Of a DNA stretch of 64,000 nucleotides, positions 11,310-22,689 are shown piece after piece. This stretch comes from Mobula hypostoma (taxonomy: Eukaryota). The notes beneath the pieces are model-generated. The model saw only the letters and a list, made by a program, of their open reading frames with translations, was not told where the DNA came from and ran no database searches. Each line of letters starts with the position of its first letter. Within the stretch, counting starts at the first letter, position 1. The stretch is from NCBI RefSeq assembly GCF_963921235.1, contig NC_086097.1:247630001-247694000 (forward strand), in the 5' to 3' direction. A program made the translations under genes and the position numbers.

Positions 11310-11510
11310 TTCTCTCTGCGCCTAGTGGTGCATCAGGCTGCTATCCTGCCGTTTCTTTTAGCATTTCTTGTCTGTTTTTTATGAGGCCGAGTTGCTAGTT
11401 CGATGCTCAACCCAGCAGGGATGGAAAGCGTGAAAGGAGCCGGCCGGATTCGAATCCGCAACCATTTGCCTCGAAGTCCGGTGCAGATGCTACTACACCT
11501 CCAGATGGCC
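11310..11510 (-). mobile_element. tRNA(Arg-like)-derived SINE
   Basis: Minus strand: A-box-like GGTGTAGTAG, CT-TCG-AG loop, B-box ATTCGAATCC, then GCTTTCCATCC...GGGTTGAGC shared with 18095-18341. Confidence 0.7.
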
Positions 11511-11589
11511 AAAAGGGGAGAGAGAGAGTGATAAATATTAGTGTAGCTGGACAGAGTTATAGCCAGATGAATAAATGGTAGAAACAGGA

Positions 11590-11895
11590 AACGAGGTAGC
11601 TTCCCTACCTATCCCCTTCCGCTCATGTTCCTCCTCTCCTTTCTCCTCAGGTCCTCTCTCTTCTCCTATCAGATTCCTTCCTCTCCAGCACTTTACCTTT
11701 CCAATCTACCTGGCTTCACTCATCACCTTCCAGCTATCTTCCTTCCCCTCCCTGCTAACCCCTTTTAAATCTGGCATCTTCCCCCTTCCTTTTCAGTTTG
11801 GAAGGAGGGTCTCAGCCCGAAACATCGACTGTTTATTCACTTCCATCGATGCTACCTGACCTGCTGAGTTCCTCCAGTATTTTGTGTGTGTTGCT
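11590..11895 (+). mobile_element. Penelope-like element 3'/pLTR fragment, hammerhead degenerate
   Basis: Pyrimidine-rich pLTR text CCTATCAGATTCCTTC..., then GGGTCTCAGCCCGAAACATCGACTG and CCTGACCTGCTGAGTTCCTCCAG. Confidence 0.75.
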
Positions 11896-11911
11896 TAACT
11901 AGGTAGATAGT

Positions 11912-12740
11912 TAGAACCATAGAAACTACAGCACAGAAACAGGCCTTTTGGCCCTTCTTGGCTGTGTTGAACCATTTTCCTGCCGAGTCCCACTGACCTG
12001 CACCTGGACCATATCCCTCCATACATCTCCCATCCATGTATCTGTCCAATTTATTCTTAAATGTTAAAAAAGAACCCGGATTTACCACCTCGTCTGGCAG
12101 CTCATTCCATACTCCCACCACTCTTTGTGTGAAGAAGCTCCCCCTAATGTTCCCTTTAAACTTTTCCCCCCTCACCCTTAACCCATGTCCTCTGTTTTTT
12201 TTCTCCCCTTGCCTCAGTGGAAAAAGCCTGCTTGCATTCACTCTATCTATACCCATCATAATTTTATATACCTCTATCAAATCTCCCCTCATTCTTCTAC
12301 GCTCCAGGGAATAAAGTCCGAACCTATTCAACCTTTCTCTGTTACTGAGTTTCTCAAGTCCCGGCAACATCCTTGTAAACCTTCTCTGCACTCTTTCAAC
12401 CGTATTTATATCCTTCCTGTAATTTGGTGACCAAAACTGAACACAATACTCCAGATTCAGCCTCACTAATGCCTTATACAACCTCATCATAACATTCCAA
12501 CTCTTATACTCAATACTTTGATTAATAAAGGCCAATGTACCAAAAGCTCTCTTTACGACCCTATCTACCTGTGACGCCACTTTCAGGGAATTTTGTATCT
12601 GTATTCCCAGATCCCTCTGTTCTACTGCACTCCTCAGTGCCTTACCATTAACCCTGTATGTTCTACCTTGGTTTGTCCTTCCAAAGTGCAATACCTCACA
12701 CTTGTCTGTATTAAACTCCATCTGCCATTTTTCAGCCCAG
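11912..12740 (-). mobile_element. CR1 LINE 3' fragment
   Basis: ORF WAEKWQMEFNTDKCEVLHFG...LEYCVQFWSP...FFTQRVVGVWN with a CR1 tail. Confidence 0.93.
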
Positions 12741-12904
12741 ATAATTAGACACAAAAACATAAATTGTAACAAATAGTCGACAATGAATAAGATACACACA
12801 GTGACTGATAAGTAGCCAGGAATGCATCCATATAGATTCTGGCTGAGTAGATTGAACGGCATAAATGGAGTTTAGTGAATACCATGTTCCAAGGTTGTCA
12901 AGCT

Positions 12905-15900
12905 GAGGAGTGGTAGTGATAGTGGGGACAAGCTCCCACTACCTGAAAGTGCTCCTCACGGCATGCGCCTCAAATAGCCTCTGACAACCACGTCCAACTC
13001 CTGGCCTTCTCGTGTGGCTTAGCCTCTAAGCCCGGCAGAACTGTTTCTACTGACAGGAGAAGGGGCGAAGGCGGGTTACTGGTGCCTTAAAACCAGTGCA
13101 TCGGGTAGATGGAGCTCGTCAGCCTGGGAAGGCAGTCCATCTTAGAGAGGGAAACTCTGATTTCAAACCTCCGCTGCCTTGCGGCCATACCCACTCATGG
13201 GAAAGGCTTCGGGAGTAAACCCTGAGGACAAATCCAGAGCTGGAGTCCCTAAGGCAGTCTGACGTTGCCTTCAACCTCGTTCTGTCAACTCCTGCGACGA
13301 CACCGGTGCCAAGCTGTATCGGCCCTTGCCCTTCCCTTAGACAACATCGGTGTCATGGAAAGGGGAGACTTGCAGCATGGGCAACTGCCAGTCTTCCATT
13401 CAACCTTGCCCAGGCCTGCGCCCTGGAGAGGACACTCCAGCATCGCCTCACTGTGATGGCACAACACGGAAAGCAGCAGTCTACCGGTTATAAGCCTGCA
13501 CTCGACTGGCGTAGAGCAAGGCACCAGGGGTTGCTTTCGACAGACGGAGAGACCGTCACGTCTCACTGGACAGCTACCGCCCACCTCAAGCTGGGCAGCC
13601 CCCAGTCAATTCGGTGCTGTCCCGCCACAGTCCGTCCGCTCCACTGGGTGCGTGGAGCTTAGGGATACAAGTAGCCCGAACTGTGGACTGTAAACGCTGC
13701 ACCAAGTACAACTAGAAGACAAAGAAAGAAGCCAGCACTCAGACTAGGATGCTGGAATATACGGACCATGACAACTGGTATATCAGATGACCTTCGGGAG
13801 ATCAACGACACACGCAAGACAGCAGTGATTAACAATGAACTGTCGAGACTCCAAGTGGACATCGCAACGCTCCAAGAGACACGTCTCGCAGAATCGGGAA
13901 CCCTATGTGTAAGAGACTATACCTTCTTCTGGCAGGGGAAGGGCTCAGACGAGACCAGAGAGCATGGTGTCGGCTTTGCCGTGAAGAATTCGCTGCTGAA
14001 GATGGTAGAGCCTAGCAAGAAAGGGACAGAGCAGATTTTCTCACCGACTCCACACATCCGACGGACCTGTCAACCTTGTCAGCGTCTATGCCCCAACCCT
14101 CTACTCTACACAAGACACAAAGGACAAGTTCTATGACCAGCTCTCAATGATGATACAGGAAATTCCCAAGTCAGGAGCAGTTGCTGCTACTTGGCGACTT
14201 CAATGCCAGAGTGGGCGCCGACCACGACTCTTGGCCAAGCTGCCTGGGGTGGTATGGGATTGACAGCATGAGTGACAACGGGCAACGACTGCTCGAGCTT
14301 TGCATGCTCCATGAATCATGTGTCACCAACACCGACTTCCAGACGAAAGCTCAGCACTAAGTGCCATGGCGGCATCGCTGCTCCAAACACTGGCACCAGT
14401 TAGACCTGATAATCACAAGACACCGTCACCTGAGAAACATGCTCATGACTCGCTCCTTTCAGAGTGCCGACTGCGACACGGATCACTCTCTGGTTTACTT
14501 CGGCCGAAGAAGATACTGTGCCAAGCCTCCAGGCAAGCAGCGCATCGATGCCAGTAAGACACAACACCCAGACAAAGCTGCAGAGTTCATCAAGTCACTG
14601 GAGGATGCTCTCCTTGCAGACCCACCAGAAGGAGATGCTCAGCAGAGATGGGACTCTCTCAGGGACTCCATCCACAGCACTGCACTCAAGGCCTTCGGGA
14701 AGAAACAGGGCAAGACACAGGACTGGTTTGAAGCGAGCTCAAGTAAGCTCACCCGTCATCGAGGTGAAGCGTGTTGCACTACTAGAGCACAAACGCCACC
14801 CCACCCAGGCAACACTGCAAGTGCTAAGGACAGCAAGAAGCAAGGCCCAGGAAACAGCCAGACACTGTGCAAATGACTACTGGTTACAACTATGCAAAAG
14901 CATTCAATCATCATTTGACACAGGCAACATCCGTGGAGTGTACGAGGGATCAAGAAAGCTATCGGGCCAACCCAGAGCAAGAGAGCACCATTGAAAACCA
15001 TAACAGGCGAGACCATCAATGACAAAGGCAAGCAGATGGAGAGATGGATGGAGCATTACTCTGAACTCTTCTCCAGAGAAAACAGCATCTCGGACAGCAC
15101 GCTAGATGCCATGGAATGCCTGCCTGTCATGGAGGAACGGGATGCATTGCCGACTACCGAAGAGCTGAGTAAAGCCATCGACAGCCTGCCCACTGGGAAG
15201 GCACCAGGATTGGATGGCATTCCACCAGAAGCCATCAAATGTGCAAAGGGCGTCCTGCTAAACCACCTGCATGAACTACTGTGCCAGTGCTGGACAGTGG
15301 GAGCAGTGCCGCAAGACATGAGAGACTGCAACATTGTCACCCTATATAAGAACAAAGGGGACAGAAGCGACTGTAACAACTACAGGGCAATCTCCTTGCT
15401 GAGCATCGTTGGGAAGGTCTTCACTCGCGTGGTCCTGAACAGACTGCAGGAAGTAGCCGAAAGGGTATATCCCGAGTCTCAGTGCGGTTTCAGGTCAGAA
15501 CACTCCACAATCGACATGATCTTCGCCCTTCGACAGCTACAAGAGAAATGCAGACAGCAAAGACAACCACTCTACGTCGCTTTCATTGACCTTCGATCTT
15601 GTGAGCAGAGACGGCCTGTTCAAAATCCTCGGCAGGATTTGTTGTCCCCCGAGGCTCCTCAGGATAGTTCAGTCATTCCACACAGACATGAAGGGCGTCG
15701 TTCAGTTTGACGGCTCTTCTTCGGAGGCCTTCAACATCCGCAGCGGTGTGAAGCCGGGCTGTGTGTTGCCCCCAACCTGTTTGGCATCTTCACAGTCATG
15801 CTGAAGCACGCCTTTGGAACATCAACTGATGGTGTCTACCTCCACACCAGATCGGACAGGAGGCTGTTCAGTCTGTCCCGACTGTGGGCGAAAACCAAGA

Positions 15901-16920
15901 TTCACGAAGTACTCATCAGGGACATGTTGTTTGCAGACGACGCAGCATTAGCAACACACTCTGAAGAGAAACTGCAACGCCTCATGGACAGCTTCTCAAG
16001 AGCCTGCCAGGACTTCAGCTTGACCATCAGACTCAAGAAGACCAACGTGTTGGGCCAAGGCGTTAAGCACCCCCCGCCATTACCTTCAACAACTACGAGC
16101 TGGAGGTAGTTCATGAGTTTACATACCTTGGCTCCACCATCACGGACAGCCTCTCCCTAGACCCCGAGATCAACAGACGGATCGGACGAGCAGCCTCAAC
16201 ATTCGCCAGGCTGACAAAGAGAGTCTGGGAGAACAGAAAGCTGATGACGCACACCAAAGTTGCAGTCTTCAGGGCCTGCGTCCTCAGCACACTGCTTTAC
16301 GGCAGCGAGACCTGGAGCCTCTACTACAGACAAGAGTGGTGTCTCAGCGCCTTCCACCTTCGCAGCCTGAGACGCATCCTGGACATCACGTGGACTGACC
16401 GAGTCACCAACAATGAGATCCTGGCCCGCGCCCAGATACCCAGCCTCTTCATCCTGCTCCAACAACGCTGTCTCCGCTGGCTGGGCCACATACACCGCAT
16501 GTCAGACGGGAGGATCCCGAAAGACCTGCTGTATGGGGAACTGGCCTCCAGCAAGAGAGCACAAGGGCGGCCCCATCTTCATTTCAAATTGCAAGAGAGA
16601 CATGAAGTCACTGAACATGAACGTTGAGAGGTGGGAGGACATTGCAAGTGATCGCTCTTGCTGGAGGCTGGAACTACGCAGAGGTCTAAAAAGAGGAGAA
16701 GAGAAGCTGAGGCTTGCTGCTGAAGAAAAGCGCACTCATTGGAAAAACAGCACCAAGACGACACTGGAGGACAGCGCCTTCAAGTGCGGTCACTGCAGCC
16801 GAGACTGTCACTCCCGTGTGGGCCTCTACAGCCACAACAGACGCTGCTCTAACACAGACTGAAGCAAAACTCTCCAGGCGCAGATCCATGGTCTCACGAG
16901 ACTAACAGATGCCACCACCA
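12905..16920 (+). mobile_element. RTE-clade LINE, near full-length, with 5' UTR, APE endonuclease, RT and C-terminal zinc finger; disrupted by frameshifts and stops
   Basis: LRLGCWNIRTM, ATLQETRL, LGDFNARVG, SADCDTDHSL (APE); KAPGLDGIP, NYRAISLLS, PESQCGFR, LFADDAAL (RT); YGSETW; FKCGHCSRDCHSRVGLYSHNRRC; short (CCA)n tail. Confidence 0.95.
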
Positions 16921-16994
16921 ATGAATTAATAAGTGAACAGTTAGTGTGATAATCAGGGATTCATATAAATAGAAACATTTTAATTCAAAAGCAG

Positions 16995-17380
16995 AACCTC
17001 CCAGTGGCCAAACATAATAATTCCGATTCTCATTTCCGTTCTGACATGTCGGTCTACGTCCTCCTCTTCTGCCGCGATGAAGCCTCCCTCAGAGTGAGGG
17101 AGCAACACTTTATATTCCATCTGGGTAGCCTCCAACCTGGTGGCCTGAATATCAATTTCTCCTTCCAGTAAAACATTTTTTACCCTCCCCCTCTCCTCTT
17201 CTTCTATTCCCCACTCTGGTCTTTTACCTCCTCTACCTGTCTATCACAGCAACCGTGCCCCCTTCTCATTTCCTTTCTCCCATGGTCCGCTCTCCTCACC
17301 TATCAGATTCCTTCACCCCCAGCCCTTTACCTTTCCCACCCACCTGGCTTCACCCACCACCTCCCAGCTAGTCTCCTTTT
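16995..17380 (+). mobile_element. Penelope-like element 3' end (GIY-YIG endonuclease C-terminus remnant + pLTR)
   Basis: Translates LPVAKHNNSDSH...SDMSV...EQHFIFHLGSLQPGGLNINFS*, followed by the pyrimidine-rich pLTR. Confidence 0.8.
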
Positions 17381-17609
17381 AGAGCAGAAAGCACTAATTG
17401 CTGATGTCTGACACCAAGAGTCTGTTTCAACATTGCAGAATATTCCTGTTTTATACTGTCTTGGTGGGGATAGTCAGTGTTAAAATGACACATGCTGTAC
17501 TTTGCTCTTTTGGAAATCCATTTCAGTTTACGCAGTGTTCTTGAAGGTCATTTAGTACAGGCATGGCACTGAACTGATACATAAATTGCACAGTTATATT
17601 TTACATGTC

Positions 17610-18049
17610 AGATTCTACACAAGGTTTGGTATGTCACCAAAGACACTCGCAAATTTCTACAGATGTACTGTGGAGAGCATTCTAACTCGCTGCATCGTCG
17701 TCTGGTATGGGGGGTGGGCAGGGAAGCTACTGCACAGGATTGAAATAAACTGCAGGGAGTTGTCAACTTAGTCAGCTCCATCATGGGCACCAGCCTCCGT
17801 AGTGTCCAGGACACCTTCAAGGAGTGATGCCTCAGAAAGGTGACCCCCATCACCCAGGACATGCCCTCTTCTCATTGCTACCATCAGGAAGGAGGGACAG
17901 AAACCTGAAGACACACACTCAGTGATTCTGGAACAGCTTCTTCCCCTCTGCTATCTGATTTCTGAATGGACATTGAACCCATGAACACTACCTCACTACT
18001 TTTTTTTTCTATTTTTGCAGTATTTATTTAATATAACTATTATATATAT

Positions 18050-18080
<31 letters not shown>

Positions 18081-18535
18081 TTATTTATTTTGTGTGTGCC
18101 ATACTCTGCCAGAGCCTTGGCGACCACTTTTTCAAGTGGTTGTCTTGGAGGAAAGATTCTGTGAGTGGTCCCCCACGTCCTTCTCACAGCGCAGTGTTTT
18201 TTTTTAACAAGGTCGAGTTGCGAGATCGACACTCAACCCAGCACGGATGGAAAGCGTGCCCGGGAGCAGCCCGACTGGGTTCGAACTCGGGAACCTTCAC
18301 TCCGGAGTCCGGCGCTGATGTCACTACGCCACCAGCCAGCCTACATATGTAGTGCAAAAATAGAAATAAAAAGTAGTGACGTAATGTTTTTTATATATAC
18401 ACATGTACACACCCATATATACACAAGCTGTAATTCATGGTTATTTCTATTATTATGAATTGCACTGTACTGCTGCTGCAAAGTTAATAAATTTCACGAC
18501 ATATGCCGGTGATATTAAACTTGATTCTGAATCTT
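17610..18535 (+). mobile_element. Rex1/Babar 3' fragment, interrupted by a SINE and an (AC)n/(AT)n microsatellite
   Basis: RFGMSPKTLANFYRCTVESILT; 3' UTR resumes near 18400 and ends GATTCTGAATCT. Confidence 0.8.
18095..18341 (-). mobile_element. tRNA(Arg-CCG-like)-derived SINE
   Basis: Minus strand: GGTGGCGTAGTG A-box, CT-CCG-GA loop, GTTCGAACCC B-box; body related to 11310-11510. Confidence 0.75.
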
Positions 18536-18911
18536 TGGCAGAATGTGCACATTCTACATACAGCATAAAGACACTGGTTATTTCCTGATTTTTAATTACT
18601 AGGGCCGCCTTGCCTCTCTCGTTGCAGCGAAGACCTACGGAATAAAGGTCACTAAATAAACGTGAACCTTCCACATTCATTATATTTTCACGATGGCCAG
18701 CTGCTACCTCGGTGCAACAGGGGCGAGACAGACAAAGGCCTCTTCAAATTAAACCTGCATCTGGCTTGCTTTCAAGCATCCTAATAAAGGCCAATTTAAG
18801 CTGAGTTTTGTGTAACTGGATCTACTGAAATTTTTGCTATTTACCCGATCTCTGCTATTCAAAACCAAAACAGCATCGGTTCTGCAGATTCACAGTACCA
18901 GATCAGATACT

Positions 18912-20098
18912 TCAATGGTTCAGTGGTTCAGTGGTTCAATGGTTCAATTTAGTATCAGAAAATACAGCCTGAAATTCCTACTCTTCTCAGACATCCATGA
19001 AACAGAGAGAAAAATACCCAATGAATGTCAGAACTCCAAAAGCCCCTCTCCTCCCTCCCACGCCCAAGCAGCAGCAAAATCTTCAATCCTCCCTTCCCCC
19101 CCCACGTATTTCAGCAAAAACCATTAGCACCCCCCAACAACGAACCAAACAACAGCAAGCTCCCAAAGACAATGATCTATACTATTACTATGTCAACTCA
19201 GGCCTAGGGGGCCGGCGTTGGGCACGATGACGGACTCTCCACTTCTCCCTCTCCCTCATCAGTGTGTTCAGTTCATCTACATTAGCCGCGCCGCTGTCTT
19301 CTAGGAGCGTGTTGACCATAGTCTTGGGAGGGCGCCCAGGGTTCATCCTCCCGTGCTTGGGCTCCCATATGATGACTAGGCTGGCAGGTAGCTCGGGGTG
19401 GCGTAGACAGTGCCCCGCTAGTTGCAGTCTTCTCACCTCGATTTTAGTGGAGTGCATCGGTAGGTTGTTATAGAGCTCAACGTTCGTCATGTGCTGTTTC
19501 CAACTCACGTCAAGAGCCATCCGGAGCATTCGTGTATCGCAACCATCTAGAGACTTTCGCATCGTCTTGGTGAGTGTCCATGTCTCGCATCCCTGCATGA
19601 GAATGGACCCTATGACTGCTATGAAATGATCTATAGTTCTTCAAAAACTACTGTTCATCTCAACACCTTGACATCTCAACAACCCTCTCTCTCACTAACA
19701 AGGAAGAGAGAGATATCTCTCCTGCCACAGCAAGAGGGAAAGCCAACAGCTCACTGTCTCTATGTTATAGTCTTACTTTGAATTCCCCCAGCTTGAGAAT
19801 CAGCAGACTCTATCTCACCATCGAGAGCGAGAGCGAGAACAGTCGCTCAAGTGCAGAGGCCTCCGACAGCCACTCCCTCTGTCTCGATGTCCCGATCTCC
19901 CACGGCGCTCCAGTTGGTGACATTGGCGAGGAGTCAGGTCGCCCACAGGGCTGCACGAGATCACACTCTGAAGGTGCACATCTTCCGAGTCAGTCCCGGA
20001 GACACCAAAGTGCAGGCCACTTGGCGAGAAGCTACCGTCCATGAAGAATGTACTATATTCTGAGCGTAGCTGTAGATCATGGACTCCAACAGGACCCC
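18912..20098 (-). mobile_element. Non-autonomous retroposon with (TTGAACCA)n tail, interrupted by an RTE fragment
   Basis: Tail GGTTCAATGGTTCA at ~18912-18948; the body continues across the TSD-flanked insertion at 19182-19624. Confidence 0.5.
19182..19624 (-). mobile_element. RTE-clade LINE 3' end (second family), 5'-truncated, with 11-bp TSD
   Basis: ORF GCETWTLTK...RMLRMALDVSW...RRLQLAGHCLRH...GRPPKT; (TAG/TAA)n tail; TSD AATGATCTATA at 19171-19181 and 19625-19635. Confidence 0.9.
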
Positions 20099-20099
20099 G

Positions 20100-20460
20100 G
20101 TCAATCTCTTACTAACAGCCTGTTACGCCATTTGGCGCTTAGGGTAGCAATGAAGGTCTTCCATCTCTGCCTATCCTTGGCCATCTTCTCCATTGTGACC
20201 CAGGTGTGGTTCAGGGTCCTCATTTCTGCCCACCACTGCACACAGATATAGAAGGATTCTTCATTGCTGTTTCCATAACAATATTTTTGACCAGTCAACC
20301 CTGAACCTGGAGGGCCAGTGGACCACTCTACCCTTTGACCTGCTTGGCATAGGTCCTACCAAATGTCAAAGCACAAGGCCCTGACTCCAGCCAACATAGT
20401 TCTCCGGGTCAGTGAGGCACCCATGCCTCCAAACCAAGACTGGGTTGTGGTCTTCTTGGG
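20100..20460 (-). mobile_element. Bipartite non-autonomous RTE derivative
   Basis: RTE C-terminal remnant (TWVTMEKMAKDRQRWKTFIATL) joined directly to RTE-like 5' UTR sequence. Confidence 0.65.
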
Positions 20461-20559
20461 GGAGAGCAGATACTAGCGATAAATAAATGGCAAGTGTTGT
20501 TACTGAAAGAAGTATTTGAGAAACAACTTTTGTTTTTACATCCAGTTCAGTTCCACAAC

Positions 20560-21090
20560 CTGTAAAAGGTCAAAGGTGGTGATGAATCAGCATACAGGAA
20601 GGAGGTTGAAACTTTGGATGTATCATAACAACAACATCCTCTCACTCAATGTCAGCAAGACCAAAGAACTGATTGTAGACCTCAGGAACGGGTAATCTGA
20701 GGTCCTTGAGCCAGTCTTCAGTGAAGGATCAGAGGTGGAGAGGATTAGCAACGTTAAGTTCCTGGGTGTTACTATTTCAGTGGATCTGTCAGGGACCTAG
20801 TAGGTAAATGCGATTGTGACAAAAGCAGAGCAGCAGTGCCTCTGCTTCCTTCGGAGTCTGTGGTGATTCAGCCTGACGTCTAAATCTTTGACAAACTTCT
20901 ATGGATGTGTAGTGGAGAGTGTACTGACTGGCTGCGTCGCGGCCTCTGGTATGGAAACACCAATGCCTTTGAATGGAAAATCTTACAAAAGGTAATGGAT
21001 TCAGCCCAGTACATCACAGGTAAAGCCCTTCCAAACATTGTCGTAGGAAAGCAGCATCCATCGTCAGAGATCCCCACCACCCAGGCCATA
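20560..21090 (+). mobile_element. Rex1/Babar RT C-terminal fragment
   Basis: LNVSKTKELIVD, KFLGVTIS, LQKVMDSAQYITGKALP; ends at the DPHHPGH motif. Confidence 0.85.
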
Positions 21091-21603
21091 TGAGAGAGAG
21101 GAATGTCCCCCAGTGTTCGCTCGGCAGCAGACGCGCCACCTTGAGACCTTGCTCCTTTATAGAGGCTCCCACAGCAGTGGGTACATTTGGAAGGTGGTCC
21201 TCTCTCTGGCAGCAGTTGCTGCCTCAACTTACCTGCAAGAGCTGAGCTGCTGATTCTGAGGAGACGTTGGGAGGACGAATGGAAGGGCTTCCAGACCCTC
21301 AGTTCCAGCCCTTGTGCTCAGTACATCAGCTGGAACGGCAGGAGGACGCGACTGAATCAGGCACCCACTGGGCTTCTGGAGTCAGGACCCTCCGGAAAGC
21401 CTCCTTCGGGCGAACCAGGGAAGGTTAAAAGGGAATCCGTTGGAGCAGGGCTGAGAGTGGCCATCCAACTCTGAGCTCACCATTACAAGGGCTGAAGGAG
21501 TTCAACTCTTGCTGTGAGCCCCTGTCACTGATTTTAAAATAAAGTGGACTTGACCACCTCTGGAGTGTTTCCTGATTTGTGCACAGGGAGATGGGGTGGG
21601 TAG

Positions 21604-22026
21604 GGTCGCCGTCGTGGCTATCCCTCGAGGTCGAGGATGATGGTCTTCGTTCTGTTGATCAAGTGGCCCACAGAGCGAAGATGCCTTTGCGTGTATTTGT
21701 TTAACGTGTACTTGATGTTGCACTCCAAGAAGCACACAATACTTCACAAATCAACCAACTGATTCCAATGGCATGAAAACCACGACGATTGGAGCTGATG
21801 GATTTGTTGCAGCCTTCATCCACCTTCACAGCCGTTGAGTTTGAAGTAACTTCGTCCGCCTGTTCCACCGTTGAGGTCTTGGTTGGATTGTTCTTTGTCA
21901 AGGACCTCACCCTCGACCTTACCACCATGGGTGACCCTACCAGGAGCATAGCTCCAGACGGCATCGCTCTCGGGATCTCAGGACCACACAAGCTTCTCCA
22001 CCACGACAAGGTGACAATCCACGGAG
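21604..22026 (-). mobile_element. Non-autonomous RTE-type (Rex3/Expander-like) element
   Basis: RTE-like 5' UTR text (CTCCTGGTAGGGTCACCCATGG on the minus strand); flanked by imperfect GGGTGGGTAG duplications. Confidence 0.6.
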
Positions 22027-22094
22027 GGTGGGGTAGCAGGCTGCTGTCTGCCACTGGGCTCAGCTAGTTTTCTGAACACTGAGACACACTCTGT

Positions 22095-22355
22095 TGGGGC
22101 GGCACGGGAGAACGATTGTCTGTGCAATCGCCGTACAGCAACAGTGATCACCAGTCCGGGTTCCAATCCCACCATTTTCTGTAAGGAGTCTGTACATTCT
22201 CCCCCATGATTGAGTGCGTTTCTCCCAGTTTCCCCACATGTTCTAAAAACGTACGGGTTAGAGTTAGTGGGCAGGCTATGTTGGTGCCAGAAGCATGTTG
22301 ACACATACAGGCTAGCCCAGCACATCACTGATGCAAGCAACGCATTTTGCAAGAA
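22095..22355 (+). mobile_element. tRNA-derived SINE (V-SINE-like), decayed
   Basis: GGGTTCCAATCCC B-box followed by TGTAAGGAGTCTGTACATTCTCCCC central motif. Confidence 0.6.
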
Positions 22356-22405
22356 CTAATTACAGCAGCCTAGAGAAGAGTCAATCCTGAGTCTACTTAC
22401 TGGGA

Positions 22406-22541
22406 ACACACATCAAAATCGAAGGGTCTCGGCCTGAAACGTCAACTGTACCTCTTCCTACAGATGCTGCCTGGCCTGCTGCGTTCACCAGCAACTTTGA
22501 TGTGTGTTGCTTGAATTTCCAGCATCTGCAGAATTCCTGTT
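22406..22541 (+). mobile_element. Short Penelope-like insertion with 15-bp TSD and inverted 5' stub
   Basis: TSD GTCTACTTACTGGGA at 22391-22405 and 22542-22556. 5' ACACACATCAAA is the inverse of internal TTTGATGTGTGT. Contains the hammerhead 3' half. Confidence 0.88.
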
Positions 22542-22689
22542 GTCTACTTACTGGGATCTGTGCTTACTCACACAAACAAATCCCTCTCTCATCTACTTCG
22601 CAGTTTCTGAGTTCATGCTGTCAAAAAGACCCCTCCACATGAGGTTATAGCTCCGCCCCACAGCTACCCATTCCCCATCCCTTTACTCA

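Noticed and set aside
12985..13080. HDV-like ribozyme in the RTE 5' UTR
   Set aside because: Some suggestive words (GCCTTCTCGTGTGGC, GGCGAAG), but I could not assign consistent P1/P2/P3/P1.1 pairings by eye.
18250..18341. Functional tRNA-Arg gene (also heads at ~11440-11510 and 41416-41480)
   Set aside because: Acceptor stems are poor, and each head is followed by a SINE body and tail.
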